From assembly GCF_033153115.1 (NCBI RefSeq), contig NW_026889764.1, positions 4,464,001-4,528,000 on the forward strand: DNA of 64,000 nucleotides, given 5' to 3'. The stretch is from Saccostrea echinata (lineage: Eukaryota). Positions 12,295-25,466 of the stretch are shown here, piece by piece. Position numbers and translations under genes: made by a program. Below the pieces are notes generated by a model. It did not search any database. It saw only the letters and a list, made by a program, of their open reading frames with translations, and was not told the DNA's origin. Position 1 is the first letter of the stretch. Every line of letters starts with the position of its first letter.

Positions 12295-15200
12295 TATTTT
12301 TAAAGAAATATAAAGGGACAAATATTTGATTTCTGTTTGGTATGTGTGTGCTGGGGGCTGGGGTTGGGGGATGGAATGGGACTGAACGATCTTGGAAATG
12401 AATAGGAAAGTTTTCTTTTGGTTTGGACAACCCCTGCCTGTTTTTGTTTTTCAAACATTTTTCAGAGAAGAAAAAAAATTAAAAGCTCTTGTCATCCTAG
12501 AAATTAATATATTCTTTATATGAAGACATGATCTGACTCGACAATTTTTGACAGCCCCCCTCCCCCCTTCTAGAATTAGATGTCCGTCCCCTGAAAAAAT
12601 AATTTCTGTCTTTTATGACTTTGACGTGTCCTTAAAATCATAGGCTTAAAAACTCACATAAATATGAATTTCAAACATTTGGGAATTGAATTTATTTGTC
12701 TTTAGGATCATACATTCACACTTAGGGTTTGAAAACAGCTCAGGTGGATTAATATTGAAATTGAATTTCAAATGTTTTTTCAGTGAAGAAGAAAATAAAT
12801 AAAGTCTTCTGTCATCCTACAAATAATACATATATTCTTTTATGTAAGGCATAACCATAAATAATCTGATTCGACAAAATTTGCCAGCCCCCCCCCTCCC
12901 CCTTCTAGAATCAAATGAACGTCCCCTAAAAGAATATAGCTACTATAACTTTTGTGTGTCCTCAAAATATTGGATAGAAAATTGTTTTATCAAAGACCTA
13001 AATATATTTAAAACAAATGCCTTATTTATTTTATATGTTTTATTCGAGTTGGCAGGTATTGTCCACAGTGGTCTACACAACAGTGGGGCAGCCGGCAAAC
13101 TGGCACATCCCCCAACATCAACAATTAAGTTGTGCCCTCCCTGACGGGAAAAGTAGCACGCTGGGTTGACCTCAATCGTGCTACGGACATATTTCAACAC
13201 AAATTATCTTTAATCATATTAATTATAATTAATTATATCAATTATATTACATAATTTTGCTTTAGATTTACTCTATATGAGATATAATTTTCAAAGTCAA
13301 CATCACATATATCAACATCAACCATCACATATATCAACATCAACCACAACAAGTCAAGAATATAAATAGTTCAATGATTAAATTGAAGGTGACGATTTCG
13401 CCACATGGGCACCGCAGGTGCCCACCGCCACCTGGTGGGGGTAGGCAACTTCAATTTAACCACCCACCGTGGACCCCCTAGCCTTCTCAAAACCTTCAGC
13501 ACCCCACCCACTGTGAATACCACTTTCTCATTGTCTCCAGTACCCACTGTATCTTCAATACAAGATTAAATCAATTCTTTATCAGCCATCCCTGCTGTAT
13601 CAAGATAAAAGATCTGGTTTCCCTACAAATTAAGTGTGCCTAACAACACCCCACCCCCTCCCTGGAATCTAGTAGTACAAGTTTTTGTTTATTCTGCTTT
13701 GGGTCTTTTTATTACCCTGATATTTTTAGTAACACCAGGTTATTTTTACTGACATGATTAAGAACTAAACTAGTCTGGTGTAAGAATATATGTACATGTA
13801 GATAATACCAATCTCTAATCCCCACTTACCCTATTCTTGTATTTTTATTTATTTGTTTATTCATTTATTTGTTTATTTAATTTATTAAAGTAATTTGGAA
13901 AGTTCTAAACTACTTTCCAGCTGAGATTGCAAACAAGTAATAAACAAGCATAAATCCTCTTTAACCCCCCCCCCCCTCCTTTCCCATCTGCATATGGCTG
14001 TAGTTCCTGCATTGTTGACAATGTTGCAATGACAAATTTTTTAGTGTTATTACATTCCCACTTTGTAAATTGCGGAACAGATTAAGGGATACCTATCTTC
14101 CTACTATCTTTATTACCTAATCTGGAAAACCATTTTTGCTCAACAGTAGCTGCGCTGGTTCTAAAGGAATGAAGTTATACCACTTATTTTTGAAACCAAG
14201 CTCTGCCAAAGCCACTCCATTTAAAATTGATTAAAACATATACTAATTACCTTCCAACCCAAGAGACACAATGGAGGACTATGAAATGTTTCCAAAGTAT
14301 TTGTAGATGTATATGTACTGCACCAGACTTGAAGTACCTATATGACTAAATTCCATATTCCCGACCCTTGCCCAGCTGATGCTCTCTCAAAATCTGCAAC
14401 TTGTCACCTTAAACTTCTTACTTCAGGAATACTGAAACTGTAACATAAATTCAGAAGGGGTTACCCCCCATCTCTCACCCCAAGGCAAAATATGGTAAAG
14501 ACTAGGTTGGGGAAAAAAATATGGACTTCAAATTTGTTTTAGAGTTGTAAATGTGCATAATTATATGAAGGCCTGCCTTTATTTAATACCCTAAAATGCT
14601 GGGGAAGTTTTGCTAAAATGAATCTTTAACTCTTTCAGATTTGCATTTGTACCCACCAGCTGATACATGGATGTAAACTATATTAGTTTAGGGGTGTGCA
14701 CCAATGACATAATATGTAACTCATGGCAACTGGGTTTGAACTGACATTTTTCAATGGAGAAATGCCCATTAGATATATGCATGATATGTGTCAACAGTTT
14801 TTGTAAAATTGCCGTCTTTGACAAACCAGTAGCCTCATTTCTGAAAACAACATACAAAACATTGCAGGAAATGGATCAGATTCTATTCAATTCAGGTCTG
14901 TGGAACAATATGTCTTACCTCCCCCCCCCCCTTCAACCCCAAGAATTTGCATCTCCTAGCATGGCTGATTAATAGTAAATCTTGTCTTATGATTAGTTTT
15001 TTATGTTTTATATTTCATGATGAATAAAACCAGTTTCCCAAACATATTACCTTTTGTGAGTTTAAGAACCGTGAATTAAAATTTGAACTAAAGCATTTTT
15101 TTTTTCCTGAGTTAATTTACAAATCTTTTTATTTTTATTTTCCCACTTAGAGACACAACAGAAACCATCAATGACCAAAAATTAGGCCCCGATTTAACAT

Positions 15201-16034
15201 AATCTTTTATTATAGCCTTTTTTCACTAACTGCTTGACCATTGATCAATGCTCCTTCCCAACCAAAATACAAAAATACATCCACAGCCCTGTCCCGATAT
15301 GCCTGCATGACTGTAACAATTTAAGAACCCTATAATTTATTCATTTTGTCAAAACTAAGTTACTCGAGTAAATTTGTAAAAAGTCAGGAAATTTGAGTTG
15401 CATAATCATATTTTAAGGTTCACTAACCCTCTGATAAAGACAGATAACTCAATGGATTAAATGCGCATATTCCTAATAATCTTGTCAAGTTAAAATGTCT
15501 TTTGTGACAATTTTATCCTGAAGCTATGCTAAAATTATCTGCATTTCATTTTACCTATTTATTTAATTAATTAATTTATTTTTATTTATTTACTTAGACT
15601 TGAACCTAAAAGGCCCTTGTATGCCTAAAAATATCGAACAAAACCAGAAGCTTTTATTACATTGCAAGAAAACTCCCATGATGAAATTAGTCTCTACATG
15701 TAAAATCAAACACTTTCCCAAACCTAAACGAGAAATATTCTATATAATGTGATAATAATGTAAGTTTATTTGAGTTTTTTAGTTTAACTTGAGAAGGTAC
15801 AATACTTTTATTTAACACAACTCTAAAAATTTATGTATCATACCCAAGGGACCTTAGGGGGCAGGAGAGAGAAGACAATAAATCTGTTATCATTAAACCT
15901 TCACTCAATTAAAGTACAGGCTCTATTAGCGACGTTCATGATTATGCAAGGTGGACACAGCTTTGAAAATGACCTAGTAGCCCGAACCTCCTTGATTTCC
16001 TTTATAATCTTAACTGAACCAATGAGCAGACACA

Positions 16035-16036
<2 letters not shown>

Positions 16037-16111
<75 letters not shown>
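16037..16111. repeat. (AT)n microsatellite
   Basis: Perfect dinucleotide run. Confidence 0.95.
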
Positions 16112-16114
<3 letters not shown>

Positions 16115-18403
16115 GAAACTTGTCTTTGACCCCATCTTAATCTGAACCCATTTTATATCCCGACAAGCAAAACAGTAGCTAGCCTTGATAGAATTTTAGT
16201 TAATTATTAAAAATATGGGGAATCCTATCTACCCTAACTGGTGAACAATTGTGTTTTTAAATTGCAATGCCCTTCTATTATTGGTCTCGTGGAGGGCCCG
16301 AGGCCAAAATTGTCCTCCTTGCCAAGCCCTATAAGAGAAGCGATATCCCGATAGGTGAGGATGCTGCTGGCTCAAATTTGACTGCAATGTGGATTTGGCG
16401 GACAATGTACAATTCGACTTAGGGTGCTCATGCCCCCATTTTAAATGGCCTGAATTGCTCATTGTAATGCTTCCATCCAACTGATATTTATGTCTCAAAT
16501 ATATTAAGTCATCATTCATGCATTCATTTTTACCTACCTAGAGTTTTGCCACTACATTTGACAACAGTAAATATGTTGTACAATTAAATACACATCTACT
16601 TCATGTTTTATTCATATACATATAATGCATTTTTGTAATACAACATTGTAAAACACAACAACTTCCTCTGCCTGTATTTTACTTTACACAATTTTATCTT
16701 ACAATTAATAACTGCCTTTGTATACAAATGTATCTTTTTCATGCCTCTCTTGGAGGAAGGGGGGGGGGTTGATTGGAAATAAACTATTGTCTATATATAC
16801 ACTTAAAATAAACAGTACTCCCCTTTGTGAATTCAGCTATATAACATTTGGATGGCTACAATAAATTTACTGTATATTAATTAATTTTCAATCTGTTTTT
16901 ACTAAATGCTTTAAAGGTACAGGGTAGCACTATCCTTGTACAATCCCCCCCCTTTTTTGCCACTAAATGTTTTTAAGTATTAATCTGATAAATATATATA
17001 ACAAATCTATGTTACAAAAGCCACTGTGAGAATTATATGGATATTCCCCTAAAGATTGTGGCCAAGGGACATAAGTATCTAAATATCGACACGTGTTTGA
17101 CCTTGAAGAAAGGGTACCGAATAAATTTGAAGTTTAATAATCATCATTTTCACGCTGGCTCTGTTTTTACGATTAGTCAACTAAATAACCTTTTCTTTAT
17201 TCAAAATCTGTTGATGAAATCGGTTATTCCATTTTTATCCCTTGTAACATGTGCCAGTACAAGGGAAGGACGGGGTGGAAAATCGATCTGTTTCCATCCA
17301 ATCAAATATTCGCCATCGAACGATATAAATGTTAATAAAATAATTAATGCTACTTATTTCGACTGAAAATTAACTTTAAAATACAGAAATTGTGATAGAC
17401 TATTTCAAAATGCAAAAATTAAATCAGATACTTTCATCACCCACCTTTCACTTTCATTGATGCATAGAAAAGGGGAGATAACCCGGAAACATAGTGACTA
17501 AGTACCGACACTGTATGGGTGGATAACTAAATTCCGACTTTACTCAATCATTTTCTCGCAAAATAAGAGGCGAATGATGACATTAATAACAGGGTAGAGC
17601 TTTGATAACGACGCATATTGTGAGACGAGCTCAAATATGCGGTAATATATTAATTTCAAACTATACGTATTAGGGAACTGAAATTATTTGTCATTTGGAT
17701 CATACATTATAACTTTGCGAAAGATACATGTAGCTCAGGTGGATTGAAAATGAATTTCGGATTGCAATTTCAATCCAATGTTTTCGCAGACGTCCGTGTC
17801 AATTTGTACCCGCCGATTTGATCGTATATCATCAAGTGTTTGACTGCGACAGATGGAAATGACGTAAGTTGCATATTTCCAATTTTGCCAGTTAATGTTC
17901 CGCAGTCTTAGCCAAAATATTGTCTATATGATATAGCATTGAAATAATGGGGAAACCCTACTCTGAGAAAGAAGTAGGGGAACAAGGCGAGCGAAATGCC
18001 TAGGTGCGACAAATATGAAGATGATAAATGAAATCTTAATTATAACAAAATTTCTTTCATATTTCATCTAACATTAAAATATACTTCATGTAAAATCTCC
18101 ACAATTTGCAAAAAGCTCACAAAGATAGGAATTATTTGCCTATAAAATAGCATTCACAAAGCAAAGAGGGCAAAAAGAATCAAGTCCTCATTTTCCATAT
18201 GAGTGGGTCTTCGCTCCGTTATTTTTTTTAATTTATCCTGAAAGTTTGTGTAAAAATATACACTTTTGGTTAACAAAAACATGGAGCAAAGACCCACTAT
18301 ACCTTTAAAATATACTTTTATGACACAACATTCGCATCTTTCCGAGAAGTCCATTTAGTCAAGGGTCAAATCACAAACATGATTTAAATGCCATTATTTA
18401 TTA

Positions 18404-18497
18404 GGAGTTGTGTAGCGTAGTGGTTAGCGCGTTAGTCTCAAAGGAAAATGATACTCAGGATGTTTATTGCATTGGTTCGAATTATACGAATACCACA
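18404..18497 (+). mobile_element. Degenerate tRNA-derived SINE head
   Basis: A-box-like TAGCGTAGTGG (~18413) and B-box-like GGTTCGAATT (18474). Spacing and stems do not give a clean cloverleaf. Confidence 0.45.
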
Positions 18498-18637
18498 TTA
18501 TTTTTTCAATAACAGAATAATTTTGTAATATTATTGGATGTAATCAGTTGCATTTAGGACTAATGACGATTAATTGCATGCTTGAAAAGATAAATACATA
18601 AGTAAGAAAGAAGGAAGGAAAGAAAGACAGTGACCAA

Positions 18638-18784
18638 CACAGGATGAAACTCTGTTATTCAATTAACTGAAAGGTGACTGAAAGTCTACTGAAAGGTGAC
18701 TGAATGACAGAGCTCTGCGATTCAGTCCTTTCTACACCTTTCAGTGACCATTCAGTTGACAGAAAGGTATAGGTTCATCCTGTG
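18638..18784. mobile_element. Small fold-back MITE
   Basis: TIR CACAGGATGAA / TTCATCCTGTG, 3-bp TSD CAA, internal CTGAAAGG/CCTTTCAG subterminal repeats in both orientations. Confidence 0.7.
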
Positions 18785-19169
18785 CAAATGAAGGGGATTT
18801 AAGAGGTAAGTTATAGCTGATATATTAATCACTTCGAAAAACAGATACATATGTATTTGACTATTTGACTAAAGAGAAGACAAACTTCGTATTTTTAATT
18901 ATATTGCGACAAGACACAATAATTATTATGTTTTAATTTTAAAACTTCATATTTTCATGCAAATCAAGTAACATATGTTTATATGTATCAAAGTGCACAA
19001 TATACGAAAGACAGCGATAAATAGTAATAAATCATGAATTCCAGGTATACAAGTTCTTATTCCAGATACAAAGTACTCATCCCCAGGTAAGGGTTTTCAT
19101 AGCCTGCTGATGTGGAATAGCATTTTTGAATTCATGTCTCACACAAATTCAATCATGTTCACGTTGATG

Positions 19170-19939
19170 TTATTTTTTCTCTATTCTGATATTAGAGAAA
19201 AACAGGCTGAAAACTTCACAGAATGGAGCACAGCAGCAGTTGACGCAGGTTCCAAAGGTTTTCTGGCAGAGATTGCAGTGAATCATGCAGACCCGTAGCA
19301 TGGGGGTTACACACCACACGTGGGCGAAAGCGATTAATGCAAACTCTATGCCCCATATAATGGCAAGGAAAATCCCAATAACGATGGTGAAGACGTTGTA
19401 GCAGCATGATTTGCATCCGTGGAAGCAGAAGTAAGAGGCCTTCCATACACAGTTACTGCTATGGGTGCCGTCCGTCTCTGCAATGACATCTTCAAACCCT
19501 GTCTAAAATTATAAAGATTTTATATTTTACTTTTCATTTTTGATTTTTATTTATCAAAAACTAATTTAGCTTATCAACTGAATTGAAGTTTATTTTCTTC
19601 CCCATTTGAGATAGGTTTTATCATATATTTTTGCATGTTAACATTTTACTAAATTTAAAAGCATACAACAGATGTGAGAATTACAAATCTTGTACTTTGC
19701 ACAAGCGCGCGTGCTTGGAAATAATTTTTCACCTATTTATTTAAAAAAAAAACTTTTTTTTTAATTTATTCTTCAAAGGCTTGTCTAAGGAGATCGAAAA
19801 GCTTATAAAACAGTGTATCATAGATACATGACCGTGCCTATATTCATCGGAAAAGAGGACATTATATAATATTTACCTTCAAATGATCATTGATTGAATT
19901 AGGATCTCGGTTTTCCATGTCTAAAGTTGATAAATCCAT
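19170..19939 (-). CDS. Caveolin (cav-b), 131 aa, 14 Cys; exons 19939-19877 and 19502-19170
   Basis: Hand-translated: MDLSTLDMENRDPNSINDHLK|GTAAAT ... TTTTAG|TGFEDVIAETDGTHSSNCVWKASYFCFHGCKSCCYNVFTIVIGIFLAIIWGIEFALIAFAHVWCVTPMLRVC...FSNIRIEKK*. Open frame, phase-0 intron. Confidence 0.92.
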
Positions 19940-20931
19940 TTTTGAAATTCAGCAGAAAACACAGGCCCAGACGTTCACTTCAACGGCTACCGAGACCCTG
20001 AAGACGTGCAAGATATGTGCAGTCTCTTTTATTAGATCATTCCCTAAGTTAAATCAAGATGTCAATGGAATTGGACGACAAACAATGATCAACACAAAGG
20101 ACTTATTATTGCAGACAGGAGTTTTAAAACAATTGCATTATTAAGTTATTGTACTTGAATGGTGTGTTCATAAAAATATCTATGCCGTATCCTTTTTACA
20201 ACAAAACCAGGTTCAGATTAAAATCTGGATTCGGAGTCTTCAATGTCAAATTTAAACTACTGATAAAAACGTCACCTGACGACCAAGACGGATTGTTGAT
20301 GTTTGCTAATTAGTAACTAATTAGTTTGTTTATATGTACTTACCATGTAAAAGAGTTGAACTTGGAAAAAAAATTGATGCGAGAAACCTCCTAAAAGCCT
20401 GTATGATACTAACTTTCTCTTGGTTGACATAAGATGACACCTCTGTGTTCCCAGAATGCAGCTGTGATCCCAGAATGCAGCTGTGATTTTCGCAAAGTGT
20501 ACTTTGAGGACCAATGTTGCTCGTTTTATTTTCAGCCATGTCTGATTCAAACCAGAAGAGTGTTTACTTGTATATTAAATCGTTTCAAACTCCGGTTGCC
20601 CATACTCAGTATTCAAAGGAATCACTGTACAAACTTTTATTTAAAAAATTCTATTAGATGTTTTGGCTACTGTTACACAACTCATGAGATTTTTCCTTTC
20701 TTTTTCAAGTTACATGTAATATATTCAGTTGCCGAGGACTTGGTAGCTTTATTTTGCCTTTCTATCTTAATTTGCAATGTTTTACCTTTGATTCTTATAA
20801 TATTTACTACTTTTCTACGAATGTACCAGAGTTTTCACTTTTGGGCTAGTTCAGTTTATTGAATTTGATGTTAAAGCTTATAATGTCATCGTTATGGGGC
20901 TTTCTATTGGGTTTGTAATAGAAACATGAAA

Positions 20932-21001
20932 GTGTCTCTACTCGGGTTTGGACCCGGGACCTCTGGCATGCTTATTAAGTGTTCTTCCATTTGAGCTAAC
21001 G
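20932..21001 (-). mobile_element. Degenerate tRNA-like/SINE head
   Basis: Minus strand GTTAGCTCAAATGGAAGAACAC...GAGGTCCCGGGTCCAAACCCG: A-box and degraded B-box. Confidence 0.45.
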
Positions 21002-21121
21002 AGTAAACCCACCAATCAAACCTGAGAAGCCGTCCATCACACACTACACACATGTACCACACTGTTCCTTGATAGAGAAATAGGTCTCCGCATCTCTTAG
21101 GGAGTGTCAACATGCTGTAAG

Positions 21122-21341
21122 GAAAAGTTCTACGGGCATTCACATGAAAGTGCAACGGGGAATCACATCAAAGTGCAACGGGCAATCACATGAAAGTTCA
21201 ACGGGCAATCACATGAAAAGTTCTACGGGCAATCACATGAATGTTCTATGGACAATCACATGAATGTTCTATGGACAATCACATGAAAAGTTCTACGGGC
21301 AATCACATGAAAAGTTCTAGATCTACGGGCAATCACATGAA
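21122..21341. repeat. Minisatellite, ~21-22 bp unit, ~10 copies
   Basis: Unit AAAGTTCTACGGGCAATCACATGA with variants. Confidence 0.9.
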
Positions 21342-22051
21342 TTCACTTTACAAAGAGTGAGTATCAGATGTAACTGAGACACGCTGTTGCCTGTACATGT
21401 GATTGATCCTGATACATCTGGCATGCCAGTCCATTGGTCTATCATTCGAATTATAGTGTTTCTGCCTAAAGCAAGCTTGAAGGTAGCAGTCCGATACACA
21501 CTGCTCTTTGTGTATATCAATCTACTGCGATTCGCAGATATTAAATCAAAAATAATCATAAATAATTTTATATGATAAAGAAAGAAAATTATTTTAATAA
21601 TTTTTTGACAAAAAAAAAAATAAATAAATAAATAAATGCACTAGTAAAGATATTTTATTTACTAGAGATATTAAGTTTTTCAGTATTGAGGTTTAAATAC
21701 TCTATAGCTCCAGATCCATATCATCTCATCCAGAAGTATTTACGTGTTGTTTCTAAAGATTAGACTTAAAAATCATCAAATCCCTATGAAAGGTATGCGT
21801 ACAAGAAATAAAATTCAAACACAGTATATGAATATCTTTTATCCTCTTCCTGTGATCAATGTTAAACATTATCAAGTCCACATGTTTTTATTTTCAACTG
21901 CAAATAATAGTATGCTATATAATTATATACTTGCAGAACTGCGACTAAGTGAAACATAATCAACGTTAGAACAATGTCCATCACTTTTTCTCAATTTTGA
22001 TGTTTGAAAAGATTAAAATAAATACTTCGTAACATGGGGTACAGCAACAGT

Positions 22052-22193
22052 TTATGGCATCTCTTAAATATTGATAACTTGTATGTCAACATAACTATCT
22101 CGCATGAAGACATAATTATCTTGCAAGCTGACATACTTTTCTTGCATGCTGACATAATTTATCTTGCATGTATGGTAGAAATATGCCACCATA
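22052..22193. mobile_element. Degenerate short element with internal ~21-bp repeats
   Basis: Repeats of TCTTGCATGCTGACATAATTA between TATGGCAT and ATATGCCACCATA ends. Confidence 0.45.
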
Positions 22194-23364
22194 ATTTTGT
22201 CTATGTCATACTTTTTGTATGATCAATAAATACAGCTTATAATATTTACATCTAATGAATATTATCTCCTTTATTTCTTATAAATCAATCGGTAAACGCC
22301 ACTAAGCAAGACATCTGTATACATTTCTTGAGCAGCGGCTCTTCCATCAATTACGCTGCATTTCATTTCCGGAATTTTGCATTGCATTTCCGACATTTTT
22401 AGTTTTCATTTCCGACATTTTTTATTTTCATTTCCGACATTTATTATTATTATTTTTTTTTTTTTTTACATTTCCGGAATTTTTTTTGAAGGGTACCTTT
22501 TGTCAATTTAATGTTATCCAAGTAGCTAAACAACCAAAGAAAACATTTTATTGTTTAAATAAACACTCAATTAGGGGTCATACTGTATACTTTTATGGGG
22601 AAGTTGCAAAAGAGGTATTTGTTACGGTATATGTGTACTCTTGATTCCAATCCCCAGAAAATTTATCGCTGTATAAATATTAAACAAAGCGCGGTACAAG
22701 TTACATGTATCTTGACCATATACTCTCCGAAGACTTGAAATAACACCGGAAGTATGAAGATAAAATTCTGAAAATTTTGTAATGCCATTTATAAGGAAGT
22801 AAGAAGTAAGAAATTCATTTTTTAATTACACAAGACAGCACAAGACATATTTTCTTTAATCTGAATTATACAAAATTATTTGTAAAGGTGTGCTTGTATT
22901 CGAAAAATCTATAAATGAATGCGTTTTCATAAATTGAAGAAAAAATTCTCATTTCATAATACATCGATTCTCTTTTCTACGATCGGGCACAAGATCTCTT
23001 GAAACTTTCCTGATGGCCGATACGCCGCGTAGAGTCTACATGTTTATGCATTTCTCACTCTGCTTTTCTCGCTATAATTATCAAATTAATTTAACAAATC
23101 TAAACAGGTATAAAGTGACAGGTTTTCGTCTACCTTCGTTGAATTGTAGGGTACGGCTAATATAATTGGTTAAAAACCGTGTTGATCATTAATCGGTGAT
23201 TTAAATTCTTTCAAACAATTGCAGCATTTAGTAACTGAGCATTCAGGACCGATCGATGCATATTGCTTTTGTTAAAGTTTGCAAAAAATGGTGTTAAGGA
23301 ACATATCTGGTAATGGGTTTCTTGATCCCTATAAAGAATAAAATGCATTATCTCTAAATGCTGA

Positions 23365-24341
23365 TTTTTAGCTCTACTGGTCAGAGACCAGAAGAGCTTA
23401 TGCGATAGTAAGGTGTCCGTCATCCGTCCGTCTGTCTGTAAACATTTTTTTAAAATGCTACTCCTCCTACAGTTTTGGTCTGATTTCAATATAATTTGGC
23501 ACATAAGTAGACTACACTAAGATACATAATTCTGTGTATCGATTTTTGATTTCAATGAACGGTGTTGCCATGGTTACTAAAAATAAAAATTTCTTTGAAA
23601 TACTTTCAAAAGCTACTCCTCCTACAGTTTTGGTCTGGTTTCAATATAACTTGGCACACAAGTAGACTCTACTAAGATACATAATTCTGTGTTTCGGTTT
23701 TTAATTTCAATGAATAGTGTTGCCATGGTTACTCAAAATAGAAATTTCTTTGAAATACTTTCAAAACGCTACCCTCCTACAGTTTTGGTCCGATTTCAGT
23801 ATAACTTGGCACACAAGTAGACTACACTAAGATGCATAACTCTTTATATCGATTTTTAATTTCGATTAACATTGTTGCCATGGTTACTAAAAATTGAAAT
23901 TTTGGTCTGATTTTAGTATTACTTAGCACACAAGTAAACTACACTAAGATACATAATTCTCTGTACCAGTTTTGGATTTCGATAAACAGTGTTGCCATGG
24001 TTACTAAAAATAGAAATTTTCTTGAAATACTTTCAGAACGTTACTCCTCCTACACTCTTTTACAATGAGATACATAATTGGTGTTATTGTTTTTTTGATT
24101 TTTGTTGAATGATGTTGCCATGATTACTTAATTCGAAATTTCTGTAAAATTGTTTTAAAAGGCTACTCCTCCTACAGTTTTAGTCTGATATAATAATAAA
24201 TCTTGCCACAAAAAGAGACTGAACCAAGGATCATTATTTTATTTATTGCTGTTGCAAAGTTTCAAGTCCAAGTGCTACTTTTATCTTCCTTTATAAGTAC
24301 AACCAGTAGAGCTACAGTCTCGTCAGAGACTTCTGGTTTTT
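23365..24341 (+). mobile_element. Non-autonomous Helentron (HINE/DINE-1-type) with internal ~155-bp tandem array
   Basis: T-run, then subTIR AGCTCTACTGGT (23370-23381) with short IR, GTCC/GTCT microsatellite, ~5 internal repeats (TGTTGCCATGGTTACT at ~23563, 23718, 23873, 23990, 24113), 3' subTIR ACCAGTAGAGCT (24302-24313), hairpin AGTCTC-GTCA-GAGACT, T-run. Confidence 0.88.
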
Positions 24342-25409
24342 CTAATTTTTGAAACTGAAATGTCCATGACGATATTCAGTCTATAATTAGATATGACACT
24401 GGTCCAATATAAGAATTATATCGGTATACACATATTATTTCAAAATTTTACATCATTGGTAATTTAAAGAGATATCAAGACTCTAAATCTCAGAAAGACC
24501 TAATTCATAAGAAAATGAAAGTATACACTGTAGTAAACTACAGTGAACTATTAAACAAAACTTTTTTGTTACGGATATTAACATGATGCGCGATTTTTTT
24601 TAAACTTTCCAAAGTTTCACCGTTGATTCTATTCTACCTTTGAATATCGAAAAGTGAAAATCACCCTTCAGAATATATAACCCCAAATGCTCTGTATTGC
24701 AGACTTATTGCAGCCCTTAATATATAAAAAATTCTATATTCAGGGTTCATTTGCCACACTGTATGAAAAAATACTCTTAAGATAATAACCTTTTGATTTT
24801 TAATTATACGTAGCAAGCTTTTCAATAACTTTTAAGCAGCTAAAGCAACTATACCCTGTCCCTTTAAAATCTATAAATCTATAAAATTATAATAATTATG
24901 TAGAGTATATAATTAATGTATCTGGATTTATTTAAATTGAGCAAAACTCTACATATGCATATGCATTTTGAAATGGACATTAAACAGGTACTCCTTTTTT
25001 TATATCCAACAGTACCTGATCGGATACTTGTAGCTAACGAACAAAGTTTCAGCGTTTTATAAAGCAGTAAATGTATAATGTATGACAAAAATGTATGTAT
25101 AACCAGGCTGAGAAAATTTGCTTGAATTTAGATCGAGCTCTTTCCGGCAATTACTTGTGTTAAGGAGAATCTTTTATTCACTCGAATCAAGCCCCAGGAA
25201 AATGCATTTACAAGAAGCTTCGTTCGCACAAATATCCTTGTTCCTTGTTCGTCCGTTTCGTTTTCGCCTTCGAAGTTTAAATTCACATATATTCTCATAC
25301 TTGATATATGGATTAAAATGGTGCATAATATCCATGTACTTTTGTAATGACTTTTTGAGTAGAAAAGATTAAAAAAAAAACTTATCAAAACGCCAATAGA
25401 ATCAGTTAT

Positions 25410-25466
25410 CTTCAGATGGTCAGTAATTTTGTTCGGGTCTCTGTTGATCATGTCTAATTCCTCCAT
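25410..25466 (-). pseudogene. Orphan caveolin exon 1 with mutated splice donor
   Basis: MEELDMINRDPNKITDHLK followed by ATAACT where paralogs have GTAA/GTAG/GTAT. No matching exon 2 found between here and cav-b. Confidence 0.75.

Noticed and set aside
13070-17830. Possible large DNA transposon spanning this gene-free block
   Set aside because: No convincing TIR/TSD pair or transposase remnant found by eye.
18404-18497. Functional tRNA gene (also 20932-21001)
   Set aside because: A and B boxes are present but there is no consistent cloverleaf or anticodon arm; treated as SINE-like remnants.
19216-19446. 76-aa ORF MEGLLLLLPR...
   Set aside because: Wrong frame of cav-b exon 2; the true frame has no internal start near the acceptor.
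21122-21341. Regular short repeats that superficially resemble a CRISPR array
   Set aside because: Head-to-tail units without unique spacers, eukaryotic context, no cas genes: a minisatellite.
25128-25409. Read-through part of the 112-aa ORF beginning MEELDMINRDP
   Set aside because: After HLK the sequence is intron-like (T-runs) with no caveolin similarity.
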